64,000 nucleotides of DNA from an uncultured delta proteobacterium (GTDB lineage: Bacteria; Desulfobacterota; Desulfobacteria; Desulfobacterales; B30-G6). The stretch covers positions 128,001 to 192,000 of the forward strand of contig CAWGLD010000007.1 in assembly GCA_963823335.1 (NCBI GenBank), in the 5' to 3' direction. Below are positions 41,835-51,330 of this stretch, piece by piece (position 1 is the stretch's first letter; every line of letters begins with the position of its first letter). The translations under genes and the position numbers were made by a program. Under the pieces are notes generated by a model, which was given only the letters and a program-made list of their open reading frames with translations, was not told the origin of the DNA and made no database searches.

Positions 41835-44800
41835 GTTGGTTCGCCATGTGGTCAATCCGCTCTTGATGTTGAACGGGGTTTCGATATCCACTTCCACCAC
41901 CTCGCCGGTACTCATCTGCAGGAAGGCCTTGGCGCCCTTTTCCCTGCCGGCATGGATACCCACGGCCGGTGGCGGCATGCCCTCTCCCAGCGGAATCTTG
42001 AACTTGACGGCCTTATAGTCCTCACCGGCCACATCTGTCGTTCCGTTGGGAAGCAGCGGTTTAAAATAAGCCGTACCGGTCTCATAGTAGACCGCATAAA
42101 AATTGCTGACCCCGCCGAACCCGCACACGTCCGCGTTGGGCGTAAAGGCCGGCAGATAGATACCGCCCCCCAGTATGGCTGGTTTGGTGATCACCCGTTC
42201 TGAGGGATCCGTAGCTTCGAGACTCCGGTACCATCCGTCATAGTAGTCCGGATAAGTAGTCTGGTCTTCGGTGTTGCGAACCACGTTCAGCAGCGTATAC
42301 CAGTCATAGATACGCGCCAGGCCACCGTCAACCATCTGATTCGTATAGACAGTATAAGGGTCTGCGTTGAACAGATCGCCAAAACCCAAGGGCAGCACAC
42401 TGGGGCTCTGCTTGAACAAGGGGTCCCGGATACCGATCATGTATTGCTGATCATCGTTGACCTTGTCTGCCTCGGTGAGATAACTGCCGGTACCGAAATA
42501 GACCCACACATCGTCCATGGCATCCACACTCAGGGATGCCGCCGCCGTGATGGGCCGGTTGCCACTGAATATCTTGGTCATGTTCCATTGAGATTTATCC
42601 AGGCTCGGGGATCTTTCCAGAGGGTTTCCTCCAGCATCATAGGTCTGGGCCTCGAGTGTACTGATATGGTAAAGATTGCCGGCCGTATCTCCGAAGTAGA
42701 TGGCATCGACGCTGTTGGTCAGATCCTTGTCCAGTGAGGCCGGTGAATTCATATAGGTATTGGCCGTTCCAGTGTCAAACTGCCAGTCACTGGCGCCTGA
42801 CGGGTAGATGGGCTCACCGGTCTTTAAATCCACCACAAACACATACCCGTTTTGGGTACTGCTCCCGTCGTAGTCCGTGGGGCCGGAACCAAACACCGCA
42901 TGCCAGTCCCCCAAGGAAAATGCGCTGCTGTCTTTATTCCCATTTTCAATGCGGATCACCGCGGGCGTAGCCCGGGTCATGCCTAACTCCGTGTAGGTTC
43001 TTTCCCACAAGAGCCTGGGATTGGCAGGATCCGTTATATCCAAGCACACATAGGCCGGGTAGAAATGGCGTGTGGTCACACCGTTCCCATCATTGAAATC
43101 GCCTTCGGCCCAGATGTGTTTCCCACCCATATTGAAACCACAGATAAGAATGGTGCGCCAGGTGGGGTCGCCGGCTGCATCGGCAACACCGATGCGGGCG
43201 TCGAACACCTTGGGTTTGAAGTCCACATAATAAACATGCGTATAGGCCGGGTCTGCCAGCCATTTGAGGTGGGGCAGCAGAGACTGGGGAATATAGGCCC
43301 ACATCTCTTCACCGATATCTGTACGGCCTATGGGTTTCTCATAGGAACCGCTGGTGGGGTCGTATTGCCAGGATGTAAAAGCATGCAGCATGCCGTCATT
43401 GGCACCCACGTAAATGGCGGTTTCCCGATCCCGATTGGCATCCAGAAAATTCTGATAGGATCGGTCGCTGTAAATGACATGATAATTGTCCACGGGCGCA
43501 GCAACCGTGACCGGGGTGGAATTGACGATGTCCCCCAGCTTCCAGGTCTGTCCGTTGGTGGTGCGCGACCGCATACCAGCCTGGTCTGTACCGCGGATGT
43601 AGGCGATGAGACTGTTCACCCGCTCATCGTGTGTAGCACCCAGATAGTCCCAGACGCCCGTTCCGCCGGAGTCCATGACACCCAGATAGGGTTTGATATC
43701 TGCTGCATTGCCTGCAGCAAAACTGATCACCTCACCATCGGAATCAAAAGATGCATAGGGCCCCTCGTCAAGCGCCTGATCATTATCGCGGTCGACAAAG
43801 GTAAAGATCTTGCGGGTGGTGGGATCCCGCTTGGCCAGGACCTTGCCCACTTCCCAGATGGGGCTGATCTCTTCCAATGCCAGGGTTTCGTAAGCATAAT
43901 CGCCGGGGTCCCCCTCACCATCGCAATCCAGGGGGTGGTGATAGAGATAATGATCCGTATAGCGGTAGATCAGGGTATCGGAGGTGGTGGCATCTGAATA
44001 GTAGGTAACGATCTTGTCCTCGGACATTGCCGTATCGAGAACACCGTTGCCGTTGACGTCTTCGCCGCCATCCAGAAGACCGTTGCCATTGAGGTCTTCA
44101 TTCAAATTCAGACGCTGGTCACCATTGGAGTCTTCCCTCAGGTTACCGCAGGGGTCGACCCACAGGGCCTGGAGATACCCCAGCCACTTGACCTCATCCG
44201 TACCTTCGATTTTGCTGGGTCGAAAATAAGCCTGGACCAGGTTGCCCTCACCCTCGGCATTGGTGGCCAGCACCGATGCTGCCGTACCCGAAGCCGCCCT
44301 GGACAGTATATCGTTGATGGCAGCCATGAGCTGGGCTTCCAGGCCATAGCCGTCCGATGCCTCGAAATAGGTGTCGGGATCTCCGTCCCCATCCTTGTCC
44401 CACTCTTTGCGGTCATCCGGATCATTCTCTTTGGTGCCGTCCGGCCTCCCATTGCCGTTACGGTCGTCAAAACCGCCCTGCCGTGCGGCTTCTTTCAGCA
44501 GGTTGTGGGCATTGGGGTCGACCGATCCAAGTGCGGCATAGACCGTGTAGAGATAGATGTTCTGTTCACCCTCGATATCATCCCGCAGATCCTTGGTGCG
44601 GGCATAAAGAGCAACGTCCTTGAGATAGTCTGTACCACCGTCCGGAAATTCACATCCAATACCGGTGCTCTCATCACAATCGATACCGTCGTCTACGGTG
44701 CTCAGAAAGGTTTCCTTGCTCATCAGCATAGTCCTTCAGGTTTGACGGAATCATCCCGTCCATGGTGGAAGCGCCGTCGGTAAGAAGAAGCACAAAACTC

Positions 44801-46350
44801 TTGGCACACCAGACTTCTTTATCCACGTGGTAGTAGGGATCGTTGACCTCGTTGAACGGGCCGGTGACACCGTTTTGGTAGTCGAGCCCATCATCGACGG
44901 CCTCCTGCTTGAAGTACTGGCTGGCCACGTAAAAGGACTCTGCCAGGGGCGTCCACGTGTCCGCAGCCGTGTTCTGCAAGTCGGTGACAAGAGATGTCAT
45001 ATTGGTGCCGATGGGTGCGGCAATGAAACCGCCGCTGCCATCCTTGCCCGTGCCGGTATCGAACCAGGTATTACCCCAGTACGCCTTGTCCCCCACCCGT
45101 TGCAGCACACCCGCCAGGTTGCCGTCCATAAAGTCCTGGGGCTCGTAATTGACATCTTTTTTGACACTGATGGTGTACCTTGCAAGATAGCCATCATAGG
45201 GAAAGCTATCGGTGTCGGCATAAATGTAACCATCCGCTATGCCAAAATAATAGTGGCCGTCGTATGGAGAGACACCGCTCCCGTCGTATTCTTTGAGAAA
45301 TGAATTGCCGGACGGGCTCTCGCCGTAAAGGGTCTGGTTGCCGCCGCCGGTCCTGGCCGTGGCCAGACCGCCCATGAGAACCTTGCGGGTCACGTCTATC
45401 TTGCGCATGCAGACCCAGTTGAGCCAGTTGCCAGACCAGGCGCCGCTGGGGTCCCGCACAAACCCGCTGCTGTAGCTGTAACGCGCATCCGGATCAAAAT
45501 ACCCGTAGTAGCGGGTGCTGGCACCAGCCGCGGCACATTCTTCATCAGTTTCGATCACCAGGACCGGCCCCGAACTGCCAGCGCCGTAGTCATAGGACAT
45601 GGCCGATCGCGACCCTGACCCGGTAAGCATGAAGGCCATGTTCTGTTCGGAAGCGTCCCAGTCAGGACGGTCCACGATCTCCTGGACAATGGATGTCAGG
45701 TCCGGTGTGCTGTAGGAAGCACCCGAAGCCCAGTCATTCGTAATGCTCCAGGCTACCGATGCGCTGGTGTCATTTCTGTCGGAGATATTGCTATCGTCTA
45801 TTGAGTAAGCACCTGCACTGCCCACATCCTCTCCCCGGATGGTGAGAGACGCGTTGCCGCTCCCGTTGGTATAGGCCTTGAAGGTAATATAGGCATTGGT
45901 GATCGTACTACCCGCCGGCACCTCGACCTTCTGGAATAGAAGTCCCACCATAGTACCAAAAGACTCCGTGCCCCAGGTCTTACATGTTCCGTTGGGTTTA
46001 TATACGATACAGACCTCCTGTGTTCCTCCACCCAGAAACAGGTTGGTGGTATTGATCATGACACTGTCGTCATCCAGATTTTCTTCGGCATCGTCTGAGG
46101 ATGCCGCGAGGCGGGCCGTTGCCGTTCCACAGTCTGCTACGCCGCCGCCATATTCATCGGTGTAGGCCTGATCGTTCATGCTGCCCGAGTTGTCGAGCAT
46201 GATCAGAATGTTGGGTTCCACGGCGGTGGCCATAAACACCGGATAGGAGGTGTAGTCAGCCAGATTCGGTTCCGCAGCATGCGCTGTTTCAAACCCCGAT
46301 AAAGAGGCAAGAACCATCCATAACCCTGTTATAATAATGATTTTTTTCAT
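41832..46350 (-). pseudogene. pilY1: PilY1/PilC pilus tip adhesin split by a +1 frameshift near 44720
   Basis: 5' ORF: signal peptide and vWA (DNSGSM, TPLAES, LLTDG). 3' ORF: propeller motifs LGDIVNSTP, YVGANDGMLHAF, WAYIP. Span 4519 nt = 3n+1. Confidence 0.8.
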
Positions 46351-46351
46351 T

Positions 46352-46942
46352 TTATAATCCTCCTGGCACGCCCACCACCTTGCGGTAATCGGCAATCACG
46401 TTGGAGACAGCCCCTCGGGTGCTCTGTCCCCAGGAGTCGAGTTCATAATAAACAGCCACACCACCGGTGGTTCCGACGCCAATGCCTTCTACGCCACTGG
46501 CGAATTCTGCGCCACCGCCGGCCAGAACCCGGCTTCTGGTGCGTTCGACATCGACCTGGGTACTAAAACCGCCCTGCCCCAGAACAACGTCCAATGCTGG
46601 ATCATACGTATCATACCCCATCACCTGATCGAAAAAGATATCCTGGTCGGTGGCGGCATCCCAGGCAGCGCCGGCTGCGATGGAGCCGGCCTCAACGCCA
46701 AGACCCACTGGACCGCTGATATCGACGATCCGCGATATGATCTTTGGGACACCATAGACACCACTATCTGCATTGAAGAATGCGATGCGGCTGCGCTGAT
46801 CATTGCCGGCAATCTGCAGCTCCACCGTGGTGGTATCCATGGCCGACAGCCCCACCAGTGTGACAATCACCAGAATCAGAATAGCTGCAATGATGGTAAC
46901 GGAACCCGATTCATCTTGTATATGAGATCTCATCGTTTTCAT
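46352..46942 (-). CDS. pilX: Minor pilin PilX-like
   Basis: ESG-SVTII leader without Glu5; IAGN.....AFF.ADSG. Confidence 0.8.
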   Translation of the reverse strand: MKTMRSHIQDESGSVTIIAAILILVIVTLVGLSAMDTTTVELQIAGNDQRSRIAFFNADSGVYGVPKIISRIVDISGPVGLGVEAGSIAAGAAWDAATDQDIFFDQVMGYDTYDPALDVVLGQGGFSTQVDVERTRSRVLAGGGAEFASGVEGIGVGTTGGVAVYYELDSWGQSTRGAVSNVIADYRKVVGVPGGL

Positions 46943-46958
46943 GGTGTATCCTCAAGGG

Positions 46959-47426
46959 TTATATGATCAATGGAATGATCTGCTGCATGGTGACTTCTTT
47001 TCTCACGGACGCTCCGACATGGGTGACCGTCACCACTACGGTTTTGGTTCTTTCGATGGGCCAGTCGGTGGTCACCGTATATTGAATCGTGAGTGGTCCG
47101 GTTTCGTCTGCAGGGACGGTCTCATCGATTTCACCGTTGTAATTGTTGTCGACCCTGTCTGCTGCCTGGTTCAGGACATAAACCCCGGCGGCAAGGGCCG
47201 GGTCGTCATAGGGAAGGCTTCGCAGCATTTCCAGCCTGTCCGTCGCTATCACAGCGATGTCGGTGACACCCCTGGCACTGGTGTTACCCCTGATGGACCC
47301 GGACTGCAGGGCGGCCACCCCCAGAATACCGACGGCAAATATGACCATGGCGATAAGCACTTCTATGAGTGTAAAGCCGGTATTCTCCTTGACGAACTGG
47401 ACATTTTTTCTGATGGTTGACAACAT
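46959..47426 (-). CDS. pilV: Minor pilin PilV-like
   Basis: G-FTLIEVLIAM.IFAVGILG. Confidence 0.82.
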   Translation of the reverse strand: MLSTIRKNVQFVKENTGFTLIEVLIAMVIFAVGILGVAALQSGSIRGNTSARGVTDIAVIATDRLEMLRSLPYDDPALAAGVYVLNQAADRVDNNYNGEIDETVPADETGPLTIQYTVTTDWPIERTKTVVVTVTHVGASVRKEVTMQQIIPLII

Positions 47427-47437
47427 GAATCTTCTCC

Positions 47438-48229
47438 TTACATGAGACCGATGTTTCGGCACTTCACTTCTGAAACGTGACGGACCCGGCGGAACCCGTC
47501 ATTCTGCACCGGCAGAATGATGTTACCGGCAATGGGTTGATTGGAATAGGTGTTGGCATCCGTAAAAGGTACGGACAGGCCGGGAATCGTTTCTCCGGCC
47601 CGGGCAATAAGCGTAATCTGAACGGCGCGAATATTTCTACGCTCCTCCTCTGTGGTGGGATTCACCAGCAGACAGTTTTCTAGGCAGCCGGCAACGGTAT
47701 CATCGATCCCCAGGTAAACGAGATTCAAGGCATCGATGTTGGATGCCAGCCGCTGCCCGTTCCGTAGCAGGTGACAGGGGTTGTTGTTGACGCCCTGCAG
47801 GGCGTCGTTAACACCATCCTGGTTGGCATCGTTGCTGAGTGCATAGGTCAGCTGCTCTGGTATGCGGTCGTACCATTCCCCGGCTTCGTCGACAGTACCG
47901 TCCCGATCGTTGTCTATCCCATCCGCTTCACCGCCGGTTATGTCCAGTGAGATGGTGATTGCATCGGCAGAGGCGACATCGATACCGGAATCCGCCAGAC
48001 CCGACGGATCGAGTCCGGCAAGCCGGATATCCCTTTCCATGAAATACATGGCAACCCGGACGTTCTGCTGCATGTCCACAACCTGGTTCTGGGTGTTGTT
48101 GACGCGCATCTGCTGTACGTATGCCTGGTAAATACCCGTCATGACCATTCCGGAGATAGTCATGGCTATCAGGATTTCTATGAGTGTAAATCCGGCACTG
48201 TTTTTGAGATGTGGATCGTTCATTTTCAT
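47438..48229 (-). CDS. pilW: Minor pilin PilW-like
   Basis: G-FTLIEILIAM, QQN.R.AM....DIR.AG, C-terminal RN. Confidence 0.82.
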   Translation of the reverse strand: MKMNDPHLKNSAGFTLIEILIAMTISGMVMTGIYQAYVQQMRVNNTQNQVVDMQQNVRVAMYFMERDIRLAGLDPSGLADSGIDVASADAITISLDITGGEADGIDNDRDGTVDEAGEWYDRIPEQLTYALSNDANQDGVNDALQGVNNNPCHLLRNGQRLASNIDALNLVYLGIDDTVAGCLENCLLVNPTTEEERRNIRAVQITLIARAGETIPGLSVPFTDANTYSNQPIAGNIILPVQNDGFRRVRHVSEVKCRNIGLM

Positions 48230-48261
48230 TCCTGCTCCCGAATGGTTTAAATAACACTATC

Positions 48262-48744
48262 TCATTCTTGAATTCTTGAACTGCCTGCCAACTCGAGGAC
48301 TATCTGTCGGGCATTCCCCCTGGTGTCTGCCAGGGTTATGGTTCCCGCACTTGACGCTACTCCCTGAGTGTCGAAAACCACCCAATCCCCTGGAAGGGTG
48401 GTGGCCGATATATCAATATCGTTCGCCAGTGCCTTTTGCACAAGAATCCTCTCTCCCGCGTCTAAAACACCGTTACCGCTATTGGCCGGGTCTCCGGCGC
48501 CGTCATCCAGAAATGCCGTATAGCTTGCATTCCCGGTATCGAACATCAGCACATAATTGATATTGTCCTTTACCGCCTGAACACGTGTTTTCTGGAGGAT
48601 GGCCAAGACATCCCTGGATGCACCCCCCAGCTTGAATTTGGGTACCCAGGCGATAAAATTGGGTATGACAACGGCTGAAAGTATCGCCACGATGGCAATG
48701 GTGACCATCAACTCCATTAATGTAAAACCAGACGTTTTTTGCAT
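48262..48744 (-). CDS. FimT/FimU (GspH-like) minor pilin
   Basis: G-FTLMELMVTIAIVAIL..V.P.F. Confidence 0.85.
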   Translation of the reverse strand: MQKTSGFTLMELMVTIAIVAILSAVVIPNFIAWVPKFKLGGASRDVLAILQKTRVQAVKDNINYVLMFDTGNASYTAFLDDGAGDPANSGNGVLDAGERILVQKALANDIDISATTLPGDWVVFDTQGVASSAGTITLADTRGNARQIVLELAGSSRIQE

Positions 48745-48772
48745 GATGTTTTCTCCCTGCCCCAAAATCGAT

Positions 48773-48787
48773 ACAATTTGTGTGCCA
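48773..48787 (-). promoter_or_regulatory. Putative sigma54 promoter of the minor-pilin operon
   Basis: TGGCAC-N5-TTGT (one mismatch to TTGC); IHF-like TATCAGTATGTTA at 48850-48862. Confidence 0.5.
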
Positions 48788-49305
48788 TCTTTCATATCTA
48801 TGGCGAACCAGTCGCCCGTTCAGGGCTATATTTCCCGCATTTATCATTTTAACATACTGATATTTATACTATAATTTATTTCAGCTTCCATCATGCTCCT
48901 GGAAAGTCAGAGGGCTGAATATGACCCCATCTGAAAGACAAAACTGGACAACTATTAATTTTTTTTACACTGCCATTAAGGCACTTTATAGATCGTATGG
49001 GTGATGCACGCACGGCAAGACAAATATATACCTAAGTATAGTAAGTATTCATTGCGTACATTTGCAGGATTGATTGGCTTGTAACGATGGGGCTATCTTA
49101 CGACACAATAACTAAAAAGTCAAATACTATCTGCTGCTTAGACCTGCAGCGGCACGCATGTATACGCCATCCGTGTGACGGGGGGACGCAATACCCACGC
49201 CCTCCAAGGGGGCTGTAATATCCAATATCGAATATCGGTTACATGAATTTCGAAGTGCAGGATTTAGATCAGAATTTAATGTTCAGCAAAATGGAGGCGC
49301 ACATC

Positions 49306-49833
49306 ATGCGGGCAAAGGGTGGTTTTACATTGATCGAGCTACTCACGGTCATTTCGATTCTCGGCATTTTAATGGCCCTGTCCATACCCAACTTCAGAGG
49401 CTGGCAAACCAATCGCAAATTGCGCATCGCTACTACGGAGTTATACCATGTCCTGCAGCACGCCAGGCTCTTCGCCGTCAAGGAAAACAGAAAAGTCATC
49501 GTCTCTTTTGACCCGGATGGCAACCGGCAACTGGAGGGCGACTATATCGCCTTTGTAGACAATGGCTTCGACCGCAGCACGTTCTGGACCCGGGAACCTG
49601 ATGAAAAAATTGTTAAAAAAGGCCGCATATCAGAGGATATCGAACTCTATGATGTCTCCTTTGCCGGGGGCATACCGCGGATCCGTTACGACCCCCTGGG
49701 TCTGCCCAATGGGTTCGGCGGCCATATCTATCTGACCAACACCCAAAAACGATATCTGGGAATTCACGTCAACATCACCGGAAGTCCACGAATTGTGAAA
49801 AGCGAGGATGGAACGCGGGGGAGTTGGGACTAG
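49306..49833 (+). CDS. Second, divergent FimT/FimU-like prepilin
   Basis: G-FTLIELLTVISILGIL...IP.F; GGAGG RBS. Confidence 0.85.
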   Translation: MRAKGGFTLIELLTVISILGILMALSIPNFRGWQTNRKLRIATTELYHVLQHARLFAVKENRKVIVSFDPDGNRQLEGDYIAFVDNGFDRSTFWTREPDEKIVKKGRISEDIELYDVSFAGGIPRIRYDPLGLPNGFGGHIYLTNTQKRYLGIHVNITGSPRIVKSEDGTRGSWD

Positions 49834-49837
49834 AGCA

Positions 49838-50007
49838 GGGTTGGAGGGGCTGAGGGGGATACAAGGGTTGGAGGGTAGCTGACAGCTGTGGGTGGACAGC
49901 TGCATCACAGCTTCCAGGCATCCTGGCGGCACAGCATACCGGGGTCGGAGGGGTGGAGATTTGCGAGGGTCGGAGGGTTTGGGTGAGGGGTAAGGGTCAG
50001 GAGCGGG
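49838..50007 (+). repeat. G-rich family R arm upstream of the four-helix-bundle gene
   Basis: 49838-49889 is the reverse complement of part of the 103-bp unit; further GGG tracts at 49941-49996. Confidence 0.8.
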
Positions 50008-50033
50008 TGAAAGAATCAATTGGAGATGAAAAC

Positions 50034-50390
50034 ATGTTGAAAAGTTTCAGAGAGCTAAAGGTTTGGCAGAAATCTTATGATCTTTGTTTGGCGGTTTTTA
50101 AAATAACAAAGGACTTTCCAAAGGAAGAAATGTATGTCCTTTCATCTCAGATGAGAAAATCAGCCTTGTCTATTCCTTCCAATATCGCCGAAGGGTATGG
50201 CCGTAAAACCAGAGCGGATTATATTCGAATATTGTACATAGCCTATGGTTCGGCATGTGAACTAGACACCCAAATATCACTATCAGGAGATCTAAACTAT
50301 ATCCAGGGTAGCCAACTTGAAAAACTTCAGGAGGAAATTTCCGAAGTAGGAATGATGTTAAGGGCCCTCATACGAGCCTTAGATAAATAA
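50034..50390 (+). CDS. Four-helix-bundle protein (23S IVS protein / Avd-like family)
   Basis: F.EL.VWQKS...T..FP.EE.Y.L.SQMR.SA.SIPSNIAEG.GR...IA.GS..EL.TQ; GGAG RBS. Confidence 0.92.
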   Translation: MLKSFRELKVWQKSYDLCLAVFKITKDFPKEEMYVLSSQMRKSALSIPSNIAEGYGRKTRADYIRILYIAYGSACELDTQISLSGDLNYIQGSQLEKLQEEISEVGMMLRALIRALDK

Positions 50391-50464
50391 TCTAACTCTA
50401 AAAGCACTCACCATACAGCTTTTCGTTGTGTCCACAAAAAGGGCTTTGCAGATAGCGGAAAGCT

Positions 50465-50500
50465 TTCGGCTACCCTCCAACCCTCCACACCTCCAACCCT
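50465..50500. repeat. C-rich family R arm downstream of the four-helix-bundle gene
   Basis: GCTACCCTCCAACCCTCCACACCTCCAACCCT, complementary to the upstream arm; abuts the purQ stop. Confidence 0.75.
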
Positions 50501-51330
50501 CAACCCCTAAAATAGGCTACCCCATTCCTAAGCATCTCCAAGCCCGGGGTCAGTCCTGAAGGCATAGGCTCGCCCTTGCGCTTCAGCTTCTCCTTCATGA
50601 GCGGCCAGTCCGGGTGGTTGGTCCAGTGATTGTAGGCTTCCGGATGAGGCATGAGTCCAAATATCCGGCCGGTGGGGTCACAGATACCGGCAATGTCAAG
50701 AATCGATCCATTGGGGTTGTGGGGAAAGGCCTGGTCTGCGGGGCGGCCATCCGGCAGTGCATACTGAAGGGCCACCTGCTGATTGTCCGCCAGGCGCTTC
50801 AAATTTTCGGGATCGGTATAGAATTTGCCTTCACCGTGCCTGACAGGCAGTTCCAAATCTGTCAGACCCCTTGTATAAACACAGGGGGATTCGGTATTGA
50901 CGCGCATGTTCACCCATTGATCCCTGAAATTGCCGCAGTCATTGAATGTCACGGCCACGCTGCGCGCGGCATTTTCAGGATGCTGACCGGACAAGTCGAA
51001 TCCCGGCAAAAGCCCCAGATTGACCAAGGTCTGAAATCCATTGCAGATTCCCAGAACCAGATTACCTTTTTCGACAAATTCGAAAAGATCCTTACCGATG
51101 CTTGTCTTCATCCGTACGGCTTGAATCACACCCGCGCCATGGTCGTCTCCCCAGCTGAACCCACCCCCGAAAACAAGAATTTGAAAATCGGACAGACTCA
51201 CGGCACCGGCGATCAAGGCATTGATGTGAACCCGCCGTGCTGAAGCACCTGCCAGCTCAAAGGCATAAGCTGTTTCGTTATCGCAGTTCAATCCATATCC
51301 GGTCAGAACCAGTACATTCACCGCTTTCAT
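50500..51330 (-). CDS. purQ: FGAM synthase glutaminase subunit
   Basis: G.NCD.ET, GGFS.GD, LGICNGFQ, HGEG, GLMPHPE. Confidence 0.95.
   Translation of the reverse strand: MKAVNVLVLTGYGLNCDNETAYAFELAGASARRVHINALIAGAVSLSDFQILVFGGGFSWGDDHGAGVIQAVRMKTSIGKDLFEFVEKGNLVLGICNGFQTLVNLGLLPGFDLSGQHPENAARSVAVTFNDCGNFRDQWVNMRVNTESPCVYTRGLTDLELPVRHGEGKFYTDPENLKRLADNQQVALQYALPDGRPADQAFPHNPNGSILDIAGICDPTGRIFGLMPHPEAYNHWTNHPDWPLMKEKLKRKGEPMPSGLTPGLEMLRNGVAYFRG

Noticed and set aside
43065-43997. Long antisense ORFs (for example 310 aa here, 251 aa at 27306)
   Set aside because: Shadow frames of well-supported genes with no recognisable motifs
50034-50390. Diversity-generating retroelement
   Set aside because: Avd-like fold only; no reverse transcriptase or TR/VR pair with adenine-specific mismatches was seen
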